Source of the DNA: a virus
Taxonomy: Duplodnaviria > Caudoviricetes
Length of the DNA stretch: 35,229 nt
IMG/VR virus record: IMGVR_UViG_3300025018_002594
Coordinates: 1 to 35,229 of that record
Reading direction: 5' to 3' (one strand)
Notes under the pieces: model-generated
The model's database searches: none
What the model was told of the DNA's origin: nothing
The model's input: only the letters and a program-made list of their open reading frames with translations
Shown: piece after piece, positions 25,147 to 35,229 of the stretch
Position numbering within the stretch: the stretch's first letter is position 1
How the letters are laid out: every line of letters starts with the position of its first letter
Program-made: the position numbers and the translations under genes

Positions 25147-26197
25147 CTCCGCAAATAAGACCGCACCTGTCATTGCTAAACTCTTGCGGCGCGGTACAAA
25201 AGAATTTGGCGCGCATGCTATCGGTACGTTAAGCGAAACATCTTCCGTGCGTTGTCTGTCTACCGGTTTGCCTGCGTTGGATATTATTTTGTCCGGCGAC
25301 GGTATCACCGGTACAGACGGCGCAATGCACGGCGGGTTTCCGATGGCTCGCATCAGTGAGTTGTACGGACAGTATTCAAGCGGCAAGACTACGCTTGGTT
25401 GTATGATGCTTGCGAACGTACAAGCGCTCGGTGGCGTGGGCATCGTAATCGATACGGAGTCCACGTTGACCAAGCAACGCGCGGAAGCGTTAGGCGTTGA
25501 TACCGATTCGCTGATTCATATCCGCGAGGAGTACATCGGACCGATCTTTGATCAGATGCGTATGTTGCTCGACGAGATACCAAATGATATGCCGTGCGTT
25601 ATCTTTTGGGATACCATTGCAGCGTCACGTTCCAAGAGCGAAAAAGGTTTCTCGTTGAGCAGTGGCGGGCTGGCACTGCAAGCGCGCGAGTTGTCTGAGG
25701 GCTTGCGGCGCGTTACGCATTGTATTTCGCAAAGTAGCTGTGCGGTCATCGGCTGCAATCAACTCAAGGTCGGTGCGATTGGCGTACCGTTCGCAACAGA
25801 ACGCGATACGGAAAGTACAGCGGGCGGTAACGCCATTAAGTTTTACTCGGCGCGTCGCGTGCGTTTCAAGTATGCAAAGAAGTTCATGCGTACCGTCAAG
25901 ACCAAACAAGTCGCAACCGGATTGGAGGTCCGGGCCACCGTTACAAAAAACAAAGACGGACGCGACGGCTTGCGTTGTACGCTCGTCATGGAAGGTGGTC
26001 GCTACAACATCGCAATGTCTTGCTTGCGCACGCTGCAAGACTTGGGTGCAGTCGGCAAGGGCATGAAGGTCGCGTTCGGTACAGATAACGCAACCATGAG
26101 CGTTGCAGATTACGAAGCGCAATACAATGCCGATGCCGCGTTCCGCAACCGTGTGAACGTCGTACTGCGAACCGCATACAACGGCGTGCATTTATAA
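25136..26197 (+). CDS. recA: RecA/UvsX-like recombinase
   Basis: 'STGLPALDIIL..GGFP..RISELYGQYSSGKTT', 'IDTE', 'WDTIA', 'NQL', 'GGNAIKFYS', 'KNK'. Start uncertain (GTG 25136 or TTG 25124). Confidence 0.92.
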   Translation: MTRNSANKTAPVIAKLLRRGTKEFGAHAIGTLSETSSVRCLSTGLPALDIILSGDGITGTDGAMHGGFPMARISELYGQYSSGKTTLGCMMLANVQALGGVGIVIDTESTLTKQRAEALGVDTDSLIHIREEYIGPIFDQMRMLLDEIPNDMPCVIFWDTIAASRSKSEKGFSLSSGGLALQARELSEGLRRVTHCISQSSCAVIGCNQLKVGAIGVPFATERDTESTAGGNAIKFYSARRVRFKYAKKFMRTVKTKQVATGLEVRATVTKNKDGRDGLRCTLVMEGGRYNIAMSCLRTLQDLGAVGKGMKVAFGTDNATMSVADYEAQYNADAAFRNRVNVVLRTAYNGVHL

Positions 26198-26287
26198 ACG
26201 CATTGCATTGAATGCGTGTTGCGTGCGCCACGTTGCGCCATACGCGCATCCGGTCTATAAGGTCAATACGATATGCGTTTGCGCACG

Positions 26288-26469
26288 CAAACGCCATACA
26301 GGGCATCCTAGCGCGTTCTACGCGTATGCGTATCAATGCGGTATTGCATATCCGCCACAATGCGCACAGGGCGCGCTACGTTGACCCGTACGCGCATATC
26401 GTTATCGACCCTGTAATTCCATATTAAATACCAAACAAACGCCGTACAGGGCGTTCTAGCGCGTTGTAC
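26288..26469. repeat. Two 34-bp imperfect direct repeats in a 465-bp non-coding gap
   Basis: caaacgccatacagggcatcctagcgcgttctac (26288-26321) and caaacgccgtacagggcgttctagcgcgttgtac (26436-26469), 30/34 identical. Confidence 0.8.
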
Positions 26470-26662
26470 AGCTATTATACCTCAAAATTCCAGAAAATCA
26501 ATTATTTGCTTAAACGTATTATGTAGGTAGTACGCTTTGCCTGCTTTTATGTAGCGCGACACGCAGGACGCCCGAAACGAAGTAACGCGTCTGTTAGTCT
26601 GTTGTGTGGTGCGTGTCGCGTTGCATTGTACACAATAAAACAAAACGCAAGGAGCAAATCAA

Positions 26663-26983
26663 ATGAACAATATGCAGACACAACGCATCGTGAAAGACTT
26701 CACGGCTGTAATCAAGCAAGCGTGCGATTGGCACGAAAAGGGTTTGTACAAAGATGCAATGTTTTATCGCGACTTCGTTGCGTGGCAAACCACGAGCATT
26801 TTGTTACTGGAGCGCGTGACCCCGCGCGGCAGCGTGCTCGGTCGTCTTATTCAACAACTTGCCGACGAAATGCCGCAACGCATAACTAATGACCATATGA
26901 ATGAATACATCGGGCACTTGCGTGCAATGAAGGATTGTTTCATCAACGGCTTTCTGAATTACACAATCACACAACCGGAGTAA
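26663..26983 (+). CDS. Hypothetical protein
   Basis: 106 aa with AAGGAG RBS. Confidence 0.7.
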   Translation: MNNMQTQRIVKDFTAVIKQACDWHEKGLYKDAMFYRDFVAWQTTSILLLERVTPRGSVLGRLIQQLADEMPQRITNDHMNEYIGHLRAMKDCFINGFLNYTITQPE

Positions 26984-26988
26984 ATATC

Positions 26989-28167
26989 ATGGCCAAGCCG
27001 ACACGCTTATTGATAGACGGAAATAATCTCGTGCATCGTGCACACCATGCGCATTGGGGATTGACCGACCCAAAAGGCAAGCCCACGTCTGCGGTGTACG
27101 GTGTATTGTCTACGCTTGTACGGCTGGAACAAATATTCACGCCGGATGTTGTTGTTGTGTTGTTCGATACTATTGCGCCGGTGTGGCGCAAGGCATTGCT
27201 GCCAGAATACAAACAACAGCGCCGTGAACGATTGCTTGCATCGTCTGAAGAACAACAAGACCAAGCTCGGCAATTGCGTGAGATAGAATTTCCGCGTGTG
27301 TTGCGTACCCTGCAACGTTTTGCGGTACCGTGTGTTTCTGTAGAAGGTCTTGAGGCGGATGACTTGATTGCGCTCATCACATCCGAGAACGACGGTACGT
27401 ATGATGACGTTATTGTTTCCAGTGACCGCGACTTGTGGCAATTATGCAAACGATATCGCACACGTGTATTTGATACGCATGCCGAAGCAATGGTTTACAT
27501 CAACAAGCGCGGGCAACTTAAGCACGCACAACGCGGTGTGATTGCAGCATCGTCGCGAGCGTTCACGTTACAGCGTGCGTTCATTGGCGACGTGGGTGAT
27601 AATATCAAAGGCGTACACGGTATCGGCGAAGTTCGTGCGGCGAAGATTGTAGACGATGCGCCCTTGCCGAATGAAAGCACGATGCAGTATCTTAAACGTA
27701 AAGAAACTAATTTGCTTGCGCTCAAGGCGGCGCGTGACCCAAACGATAGCAGTAAAGTGAACAACGAAGTGTACGCGATTATCAAAAAAAATCTGCAACT
27801 CATCAGTCTCGGCAATCCGACATGGTTGAACAGCATCATGCTCGGACTGCATACGCAAGGGGCCATTGATGAATTTATTATACAAAACGACTCGCGCAGC
27901 TATATGCGTATCATCTATAACGAGTGTCAGCAACAATGCGAGATGCTGGCAGATGAACGTATTACGCATGCCGCATATTTGATTCAACGCACACACAAAC
28001 AACGCGCGCTTACACCGTGCGAGACTATTTTTCGCATGTGGGGTTTTCAATGGGCGTTTTCGCCTGTCATGTGTGAAGCAATGCAAAGCACATTTATAAC
28101 GTGGCGCAACCGTGCCCACGCTACTTATAAAACAAAAAGCATACAACTTAAGAGGACAAAAACATGA
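26989..28167 (+). CDS. 5'-3' exonuclease / flap endonuclease (Pol I N-terminal / T4 RNase H-like)
   Basis: 'LLIDGNNLVHRA', 'VLFD', 'WRK..LPEYK', 'EADDLIA', 'SSDRDLWQL', 'GDVGDNIKGVHGIGE'. ATG at 26989 with GGAG RBS. Confidence 0.92.
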   Translation: MAKPTRLLIDGNNLVHRAHHAHWGLTDPKGKPTSAVYGVLSTLVRLEQIFTPDVVVVLFDTIAPVWRKALLPEYKQQRRERLLASSEEQQDQARQLREIEFPRVLRTLQRFAVPCVSVEGLEADDLIALITSENDGTYDDVIVSSDRDLWQLCKRYRTRVFDTHAEAMVYINKRGQLKHAQRGVIAASSRAFTLQRAFIGDVGDNIKGVHGIGEVRAAKIVDDAPLPNESTMQYLKRKETNLLALKAARDPNDSSKVNNEVYAIIKKNLQLISLGNPTWLNSIMLGLHTQGAIDEFIIQNDSRSYMRIIYNECQQQCEMLADERITHAAYLIQRTHKQRALTPCETIFRMWGFQWAFSPVMCEAMQSTFITWRNRAHATYKTKSIQLKRTKT

Positions 28168-30158
28168 GTATAAAAAAGCAATGGCTATTTGATAAGCAAG
28201 CGACCGGTACGCCGTCGCGGATGTGTGAAAATACAGTACAATTGTTTGCAACGAAAGATGAGATGCGGAAAGCCCTGTCGTTTATTCCGCACGGCTGGCG
28301 GTTGCAGACTATCAACACCATCGACGAACAAGGTAAGGCACATGCGGAAGTATTCATCACGCGCTTGTTTTGCCCGGAGATTTTGTATACTATCGGCACA
28401 CTTGCATTAACGTTTACGCGCTTACTTGCGCATCGTCCAATACGTAACGCCAAGGACTTTACATATGAAGATACCAGCGTATCGTATGTCATGCGGCTTT
28501 TGTTTGCGCCGGTCGATGAGCATCATAATGCGTTGCTAGATACTTTGTATGATGTGCTGTGCGCAACAAACAAGCCCGTACTCGGCACATCGTTCTTTCT
28601 TGCACAGCCACCTACTGATGAGACCGTGGACTTTCTCAATAGTGGTATTCATATTATCGGTGCAAATACGCATGCTGATACCCTTACGCATGCGCTCGAT
28701 GATGCACTCGGAGATATGCTCGATATGAATTTAGAAAACGGCGGGCTAAAATTGACCAGCAGCAAGAAGAAGCATATACGTTATGGTGTGGCACATATTA
28801 TTGAATTGCTTGGCGGTTATCATATTGCGAACGATACATTGCAAAGCATCAGCATGGAAGTAAACGATACGCACCTACTCACGGCGGACAGCGTACAGAA
28901 ACTTATTCAAGCTGCTGTACCCATCGAGTATCAATTTGTTGCGACGGATTATAATGCGCCGTTGCTGCGTCAAAATAAATGCAGCAACACTGTATTTGGC
29001 GTGTGTGGTTTGAAATTGTTTGCGGAATTGGTGAGTGACTTGCACGCAGTCAAACAATACTACTTGCAGCAGACCGGCAAACAGTCTATCGAGCCGGAAG
29101 ATGTTTGTTCGTTGCTGTTCATTGATGCCGTCAGCAAAGTGTTTCCGGCACGCAAGTTTAATCCTCAAACTGATGCGTATGAAATCGATGAGTCGTTTGT
29201 AGCGCATGCGCTGCATTCATACCAGTCGCTTATGGTAGACGGTAAAGATGCAGCGAATATTAGTATGTACAATTTCCTGCAACTGATAAGCAAGGGCAGT
29301 GACGTGGACAATATCAACAGCGTATTTCTTTCAACGCAACTCACGCCGGTTATTTTTATGTTGGGCAAATTGCAAATTGCCGCATATATGCTTACTACCA
29401 TGAGTAGTCTTGCGGATATGTTCATGTGGGATAACGACTCCGCGTTTTCACATGCGTTGCTCTCGCGTGTGGATATTGGTGTAGACAATATACTGGATAA
29501 GCTAATCGCAAAAACAAACGGTGGGCAAGAAATACACGCCTTACAGTTGTTGATGGGGGATCATACCAAAACGTTTGGCTTGGTCCGGTACGACGATGCA
29601 GTTATCGGGATGCTACAAGAAGCACGCATTCAGTTTGAAGCGGGTATTGATGAAACAATAACTAATGAGGGTATCGGTATCGGTATCAGTACGACGGATG
29701 ATTTAGAAAATGATATACGTGCGCATGTGTTGCGACAAGACGCAGATGAAGCTGGTGACAAAGCAAAACTCGACCCGCGTGATTATGTGCCCATGGTCAC
29801 GGCTATGGAGATGCTAAGCGATGTGATGGCGCTCAAGAAAACGCAAGCAATTTGTGCGCGTACTCTCATGGAGATGTTGAATACATTACCTAATATCGAA
29901 AACTGTTTGCGTTTTGCGGACACAACAGTTGACGCGCTTGTACAAACGTTATCGGTGAGGATACAATTTACAGACGACTATATTAAGCAGTTAACCAAAC
30001 AACCTGTATTACGCGAAATATTTTCACAGTGTCGCAAAATTGGTGATGACGTAGATGCCGTTTCCGCGTATATGGCCAAAACCGTCGCGCCGAATATAGC
30101 GCCGCCATCATTCTGGGCTGGTAGCGGCTCGGTGGAGATGTTGGAGGAGTACTTGTAA
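28164..30158 (+). CDS. Large hypothetical protein (664 aa)
   Basis: Long ORF translationally coupled at both ends; AGAGGACA RBS; no motif recognised. Confidence 0.8.
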   Translation: MSIKKQWLFDKQATGTPSRMCENTVQLFATKDEMRKALSFIPHGWRLQTINTIDEQGKAHAEVFITRLFCPEILYTIGTLALTFTRLLAHRPIRNAKDFTYEDTSVSYVMRLLFAPVDEHHNALLDTLYDVLCATNKPVLGTSFFLAQPPTDETVDFLNSGIHIIGANTHADTLTHALDDALGDMLDMNLENGGLKLTSSKKKHIRYGVAHIIELLGGYHIANDTLQSISMEVNDTHLLTADSVQKLIQAAVPIEYQFVATDYNAPLLRQNKCSNTVFGVCGLKLFAELVSDLHAVKQYYLQQTGKQSIEPEDVCSLLFIDAVSKVFPARKFNPQTDAYEIDESFVAHALHSYQSLMVDGKDAANISMYNFLQLISKGSDVDNINSVFLSTQLTPVIFMLGKLQIAAYMLTTMSSLADMFMWDNDSAFSHALLSRVDIGVDNILDKLIAKTNGGQEIHALQLLMGDHTKTFGLVRYDDAVIGMLQEARIQFEAGIDETITNEGIGIGISTTDDLENDIRAHVLRQDADEAGDKAKLDPRDYVPMVTAMEMLSDVMALKKTQAICARTLMEMLNTLPNIENCLRFADTTVDALVQTLSVRIQFTDDYIKQLTKQPVLREIFSQCRKIGDDVDAVSAYMAKTVAPNIAPPSFWAGSGSVEMLEEYL

Positions 30159-30655
30159 TGTATTATCGTGCGCTTGGCATTGACCCGTCTATCACTAAGG
30201 GACTTGTGTTTGCGTGGCGTGCGCCTGATGATTCATGGCAGGTCTATCGTACACTTGCGTATGATCGCGTACATGATACATTAGATGTGATTACGGTACG
30301 AAATGTTTTAGACCGCGCAATGCGCGATAGCATTTGCGCGGTCTATTATGAGATGCCGATGTTGCATCATGGCGTAAAGACCGTAGTGCGCCTTGCGGAA
30401 TGTATGGGGCAATTCAAACTAATGCGAGCATTATACACTCCAGATTTGCCAATGTATATTGTATATCCGGGTACGTGGCGTTCACATTTTGATTTGCCTG
30501 GAAACAAAGATGTAAAAGCGCGGTGCGTTACAATCGCCGCCGGTCTTGTTGATATACCGTTAGACCAGAAGAACGATGATGATATTGCGGAAGCAATACT
30601 GATTGCAGAATACGGATCGTTTCATTATGCAATCAATAACACAATCAAACAATAA
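30158..30655 (+). CDS. RuvC-like Holliday junction resolvase
   Basis: 'ALGIDPS', 'YYEMP', 'VYPGTWR', 'DDIAEAILIAEYG' match the RNase H-fold RuvC pattern. Confidence 0.8.
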   Translation: MYYRALGIDPSITKGLVFAWRAPDDSWQVYRTLAYDRVHDTLDVITVRNVLDRAMRDSICAVYYEMPMLHHGVKTVVRLAECMGQFKLMRALYTPDLPMYIVYPGTWRSHFDLPGNKDVKARCVTIAAGLVDIPLDQKNDDDIAEAILIAEYGSFHYAINNTIKQ

Positions 30656-30668
30656 AGGAAAACACACA

Positions 30669-31355
30669 ATGCGAATCGAAGCCGCAAGCAAAGCAAAACA
30701 AAAATTCAAACGCAGTGCGCAGCGCCATAGCAGCCCGCGCAAGACCACGGTATTAACGTCTTGTTTACTCACAGAGGTCAAGCTCATGCCTATTGAGCAA
30801 CTCAGTACCGCACCGTGGCAATACAAACGCGACTTCTTGGATGATGCCGAGCGCGAGCGCTTCAAGCAATCACTACTTGCAGACGGTGTGACGCCGTTGC
30901 ACGTTGCGGTATGCGAAGAGGATCCATTGTGTACGGAGATTTGCGACGGGCACCATCGTTTAACCGTGTTGCGTGAAATGGGTCTGAAAAAGATACCAGT
31001 CTTTCATCATGGTACGCTTTCGTTGGCTAGACGTAAAGCGCTCGCATTGCGGTATAACGAATGGAATTTTGAGGCGTTTGCCATTCCGATGGCTGCATGT
31101 TTAGATGATATTAAGACTGAAGATATTGCATTGTTTGAAACGTTACCTTTTGATGAGGATGAACTTGCGCGATATGCTGCTGCGTTATCTATGGACATCG
31201 ATACCGTGTCGGATGCACAAACAAAGTCCATGCAGAAAATAAACGCAGTGCAAGACGATGACGCAACGTCTGCGGGGTCCGGTCGCGTTGCCGGTACCAG
31301 CAAGACTAAGCAGATTACATGCCCGCATTGCGGTGAAGTCATCACGTTGAATTGA
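30669..31355 (+). CDS. ParB/Srx N-terminal-domain protein with C-terminal CPHCG Zn ribbon
   Basis: 'FKQSLLADGVTPLHV...EICDGHHRL' ParB motif; ends with 'ITCPHCGE'. Confidence 0.8.
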   Translation: MRIEAASKAKQKFKRSAQRHSSPRKTTVLTSCLLTEVKLMPIEQLSTAPWQYKRDFLDDAERERFKQSLLADGVTPLHVAVCEEDPLCTEICDGHHRLTVLREMGLKKIPVFHHGTLSLARRKALALRYNEWNFEAFAIPMAACLDDIKTEDIALFETLPFDEDELARYAAALSMDIDTVSDAQTKSMQKINAVQDDDATSAGSGRVAGTSKTKQITCPHCGEVITLN

Positions 31356-31406
31356 ATAACGGTGGACGTGCCCGATATTATGCACGTATAAGGAGCGTGT
31401 TACATA

Positions 31407-32114
31407 ATGGCAAAAACAAAAGTAAAAACAAAACAAAAGCGTACGCAAACATTACCGCGTACTGCACACGTAACGCTTGACCAATGGAAAATCATGCTCA
31501 ATACGTTTGCCGAGACACGCAGCATTGAGCAATCAGCACAAGCCGCAGGTGTAAGCATTACTACGGCCACACGGTATATTTATTCCGGCACCGAAACGCA
31601 AATGAGTATCCGTGAGATTGTAGACCAGCGTACAAAAGACGCCTTTGCAAAAGCAGATGATGAACTCGGTGAAGCGTTACTCAAGGTCGCCAAAAATGCG
31701 CGCATTACACAAATCACTGCATTACAAACTGTACTGGTGACGCTTAATAAAGCGCGTGTCAAACTCAAGGGTGAAACGGATGCAGACGGTAACGTGCATA
31801 CCAGCGCGATGCAATACAAGACATTGGTTGAAAGCGCATCAAAGGTATTGCGCATCACCGAAGACATTGCGGTGCTGCTTTCTAGTTTACAATCTATAGA
31901 TACTGTAGGGAATGCCGCATCTGTAACGCAGACATTGCAGACGCGTTCTATACTTGAGTTGCAATCGGCCACGGTTGCATTATTACAGGAATCAGATATC
32001 ACACCCGGAAGCGAGCAAGAAGCCAAATATGTCAACACGCTCAAGAAACTTGTTGCGCCTACTCAAGTCGTCGACAAGTCCAGCACAGACTCATCCAATA
32101 GCAACACCCATTGA
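31407..32114 (+). CDS. Putative terminase small subunit
   Basis: N-terminal HTH 'SIEQSAQAAGVSITTATRY', helical body, immediately upstream of and overlapping terL. Confidence 0.55.
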   Translation: MAKTKVKTKQKRTQTLPRTAHVTLDQWKIMLNTFAETRSIEQSAQAAGVSITTATRYIYSGTETQMSIREIVDQRTKDAFAKADDELGEALLKVAKNARITQITALQTVLVTLNKARVKLKGETDADGNVHTSAMQYKTLVESASKVLRITEDIAVLLSSLQSIDTVGNAASVTQTLQTRSILELQSATVALLQESDITPGSEQEAKYVNTLKKLVAPTQVVDKSSTDSSNSNTH

Positions 32115-33804
32115 TTTTGCGTCGCGTATGCGCGCCGCCGTTACCGATACGTTGATTCATACGCTCGGTACGCATGCGCAAGACGCAAACGATATGGCAT
32201 TGGAGGCTGTAGCGCACGCCATGCAGGCACCAAATGATGCGGCGTTTGCCACGAACATCTCGCATGATTTGAGTGCTTATGCGCACGGTGCGTTTGCACA
32301 AGAAGAGTTAGAGCATGTGTTGTCTTTGTTGTCGTTGGATTATTATGCGACGCGATATCTACCCAATTATTTTACCGTTCCATTCAACGATAGATACCAC
32401 GGCGACTTGTTTCCAATATACCGCAAGATTGAAACGCATGCAATACATATGCCAGTGGTCATTGCAGGCTGGCGCGAGTGCGGCAAGACATCGTACGGGC
32501 AGTTTCTTCTACCGCTGCGCTGTATAACATTACCTGCCTTTGGCATGCAACACAATGTTAATCCACGCATTGTACAATTGACCAAACTAGAAATGCGCAA
32601 ACGATTCATTGTATTTGTGTCCTCTGTGATTACAAACGCACGCGCAAGCCTGAGCGACGTATGTGATGAAATAGAAAACAATACACTACTGCGCGAGGAC
32701 TATGGCGTGCGCTTACGACAGCGTGCGCAGACCAATGCGTTGACCAGCAACGGTGTTATGCTCACAGCCAAGTCGCGGCACTCAAAATTTCGTACGCTCA
32801 AGTTTCAACAGTTTAGGCCGGACCTAATGTTGCTCGATGAAGTGGAGGATGATAAATCCGTACAGAATAGGGCGCGCCGCGATGAAGATTTCCAATGGCT
32901 AACACGCGTGATTATCAATACGGTATCCACAAACAACGGTAATGTATTATTGCAAGGCAATTGGATTCATGATGATTCATTGATGGGCCGCGCAATGGAA
33001 CATGGTAAAGCATGTGGATGGATAACACGCTTGTATCGTGCGGAAGAACTCAATGAAACCACCGGCGAGATGGAATTCATTTGGCCAGAGAAGTTTGGCG
33101 CTGAGTGGAAGACACAAAAAATGCAACAGTTGCTTCATCAGCAATCTGTATACGAGCAAGAATATTTGCAAAATCCGCATGCGGGTAACGTAGACTTATC
33201 GCTGGCTGACTTTACGTTCTATGAGGAACCCATCACCGCGCAATTCCTTTCAAACACAGTTCGCTTCACCGCAGTGGACCCCGCTATCAGTAAAGCGCGT
33301 ACCGCAGACGATACATCGATATGTACCATTGCATACAATCACGCGACCGGTATCGTGTACGTGTTGCCGTTTACGTACGGACACTTCACGTTGTCTGAGA
33401 TGATTGAAAAGATTCTACTCGCTAATGATAAATACAAACCACATACCGTCGGCGTAGAGCGCGTTGCATTTCAAGCGGCATTAGAACAATCACTCAGCGA
33501 ACGGGCGCGTCGCGATGGTATTTTGTTGAATGTTGTGCCTATCAAGCAGACCACCGGTATTGAGAAATCAATTCGCGTCAAGCGGATGTATAATGCAATC
33601 AAGCAGGGCTGGATACGATTTATACAAAGTGATGTGGGCCACCGTTACTGTATCGATCAAATTATCAATATAGACACTACAGCGCATGATGACCTTGCTG
33701 ACTCGTTAGAGATGGCAATACGTTTGCGCGATAACTTGTACATACGGTCGCGCTCACGTGGACGCGCTATAGCACACGTTGCAAAAGTTACGGCGGCATC
33801 ATAA
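32029..33804 (+). CDS. terL: Terminase large subunit
   Basis: Walker A 'GWRECGKTS', Walker B 'RPDLMLLDEVED', 'WPE', 'EQEYLQNP', nuclease 'AVDPA', 'HDDLADSL'. Start uncertain (32029 or 32128). Confidence 0.92.
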   Translation: MSTRSRNLLRLLKSSTSPAQTHPIATPIDFASRMRAAVTDTLIHTLGTHAQDANDMALEAVAHAMQAPNDAAFATNISHDLSAYAHGAFAQEELEHVLSLLSLDYYATRYLPNYFTVPFNDRYHGDLFPIYRKIETHAIHMPVVIAGWRECGKTSYGQFLLPLRCITLPAFGMQHNVNPRIVQLTKLEMRKRFIVFVSSVITNARASLSDVCDEIENNTLLREDYGVRLRQRAQTNALTSNGVMLTAKSRHSKFRTLKFQQFRPDLMLLDEVEDDKSVQNRARRDEDFQWLTRVIINTVSTNNGNVLLQGNWIHDDSLMGRAMEHGKACGWITRLYRAEELNETTGEMEFIWPEKFGAEWKTQKMQQLLHQQSVYEQEYLQNPHAGNVDLSLADFTFYEEPITAQFLSNTVRFTAVDPAISKARTADDTSICTIAYNHATGIVYVLPFTYGHFTLSEMIEKILLANDKYKPHTVGVERVAFQAALEQSLSERARRDGILLNVVPIKQTTGIEKSIRVKRMYNAIKQGWIRFIQSDVGHRYCIDQIINIDTTAHDDLADSLEMAIRLRDNLYIRSRSRGRAIAHVAKVTAAS

Positions 33805-33899
33805 GATTGAATAAGGCGCGGCACGCTTGATAAACTCGTAATGGATAGTTTGTACAATGGATTGGCTGTTGTACGCATTCATAAAGGCGACGTAACGAG

Positions 33900-35229
33900 A
33901 TGGCAGACAAATCAAACGGCGCACATAACGCACTTGCGCAAGCGATTGTGCCTAACCATGTGATGCGCGCCAATAAGCGTTCCAGTATTTGCGCGGGCTT
34001 TATCTCTGGTAGCGGTGAGTTTATTACCACAGAGGCGTTGCGAAAGAGCAACATGCAAATCGTGCTTGGCGATAACAACGCCGTGCAATTCAAAGCGCTC
34101 AGCGGCGACGGCATCACAATGCAAACATCTAAAGAAGTGCGCGACGATGACAATGCTTTTGATTCATCGCGTGACGGTACGGTCAACCCCGCATATAGTT
34201 TTGAGACATTGGAAACTTTGTATGCATCCAACGTTGTGCATTCCGCAGCGATTGAGACTAAGGCGGATGACATTGCGTACAACGGATGGGAACTAAAATC
34301 ACGCCCGGAAGCGGCAGACGTTAATCAAAATGAACTCGATGCAGCTTACGAGTATGTACATAACTTTCTTACGTCGTGCGTGAATGGTGCGCCTATTGAT
34401 GATTTGCTGCATGATAGCGAAATTGATCGCAGCGTATTCGGATGCCGCGCCATTGAAGTATTGCGTAACTCAAAAGGATTTGTTGCGGGTTTGAATCATA
34501 TCCCGTTTCGTAACATGCGTATCTTGCGGCAGAAGGTTCAAAGCGAAACCGGTTTACTTGCAATGCAGAAGCGCTTCGAAAACAAAGCGATGTACTTTGT
34601 ACCGTTCGGCGCGAACATTACATACAATGCAAGTTTTGACCCGCTTATGGCACCGCTCGATGAATTCCCGATGTTTGCGCAACGCGAAAATATTCTCAAA
34701 CTTGCCGAGTCTTTTCGTAAAGTAGGCTCACGCACCGAGACCACCAGTGAATTCAACGATGCCGCAACCGAGGTGATTATTGATGTGCGTCCGCCATTAT
34801 ATGCGTCTGTGTATTACGGTACGCCTGCCGCCACGGCGGCGTTTGATTCCATGATTGCACAAATGCACATCGATACATTCAACAGAGATTTCTTCAAGAA
34901 CAAAGGCGTGCCGCAGTACGCAGTTATCTTCGAGAATGTTGATACTGCGTTCGGCGCACCGATGGCCGACGCAGATGAGTTTGATGATACCGGTGCGATT
35001 GCAAACTCTGATCCGCTTAAAGCCAGTACGCTCACATCTGAGTTAATAGAAACAGTCACGTCATATTTTAGAACAAACATCTCGGCGGGCAATCGCAGCG
35101 TGTTGGTCTTAACGTTATCCGATGGGGCAAAGGTTCGCTTTGAAAAACTTTCTAGTGACTTACTCGATGCATCGTTTGCCGAGTACGAGAAACGTTGTAC
35201 GGACAAAGTTCGTATGGCGCACAAAATAC
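33900..35229 (+). CDS. Portal protein, PBSX-like family (3' truncated; absent from the ORF track because it has no stop codon in the window)
   Basis: Manual translation from ATG 33900 gives 'NPAYSFETLETLYASNVVHSAAIETKADDIAYNGWEL', 'FGCRAIEVLRNSKG..LNHIP', 'YYGTPA', 'FNRDFFKNKGVPQYAV'. Directly follows terL. Confidence 0.88.
   Translation, partial: MADKSNGAHNALAQAIVPNHVMRANKRSSICAGFISGSGEFITTEALRKSNMQIVLGDNNAVQFKALSGDGITMQTSKEVRDDDNAFDSSRDGTVNPAYSFETLETLYASNVVHSAAIETKADDIAYNGWELKSRPEAADVNQNELDAAYEYVHNFLTSCVNGAPIDDLLHDSEIDRSVFGCRAIEVLRNSKGFVAGLNHIPFRNMRILRQKVQSETGLLAMQKRFENKAMYFVPFGANITYNASFDPLMAPLDEFPMFAQRENILKLAESFRKVGSRTETTSEFNDAATEVIIDVRPPLYASVYYGTPAATAAFDSMIAQMHIDTFNRDFFKNKGVPQYAVIFENVDTAFGAPMADADEFDDTGAIANSDPLKASTLTSELIETVTSYFRTNISAGNRSVLVLTLSDGAKVRFEKLSSDLLDASFAEYEKRCTDKVRMAHKI

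Noticed and set aside
26572-26600. cGAAAC...GTC hammerhead-like half
   Set aside because: No CUGANGA partner nearby and stem III is only 2 bp.
30669-31355. ParB-like gene as evidence of a plasmid-prophage partition or DNA-modification system
   Set aside because: No ParA, methyltransferase or dpd/queuosine-pathway genes are adjacent; stand-alone ParB-domain genes before terminase are common in phages.
32617-32625. gtgtcctct, another antisense match to the RBS motif
   Set aside because: It lies inside the terL coding sequence with no evident hairpin display; a match of this length can occur by chance in 35 kb.
1-35229. Integrase, att site, introns/inteins or alternative genetic code
   Set aside because: No recombinase motif was seen; polA, helicase, recA and terL are uninterrupted and of normal length; genes tile densely under the standard code.

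Overview
This window is part of a tailed dsDNA phage (Caudoviricetes) genome, with every credible gene on the + strand. In order it carries: the end of a tail/fibre module (1-4561); a lysis cassette with a COG5526-type lysozyme and two holin candidates (4574-6589); a DnaB-like helicase and a primase (7202-9760); about 1 kb of non-coding, highly structured sequence ending in a complete type II hammerhead ribozyme (9761-10817); small early-type genes, a RavA/ViaA-like MoxR AAA+/VWA pair and an SNF2 helicase; a replication/recombination block (UDG-PolA fusion, gp32-like SSB, RecA/UvsX, 5'-3' exonuclease, RuvC-like resolvase); and a ParB-like gene, a TerS candidate, TerL and a PBSX-type portal cut off by the window edge. 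The most notable signal is an RNA-level regulatory layer. An intergenic hairpin at 16310-16350 displays UGUCCUCUC in its loop, the exact antisense of an unusual GAGAGGACA ribosome-binding motif shared (exactly or nearly) by about eight early/replication genes, while most structural genes use AGGAG/GGAG-type sites. There is also a candidate large structured ncRNA ahead of the hammerhead, a duplicated covarying hairpin, and a pseudoknot plus tRNA-like element at 20239-20465. All calls come from reading motifs by eye; no database searches or folding programs were run.
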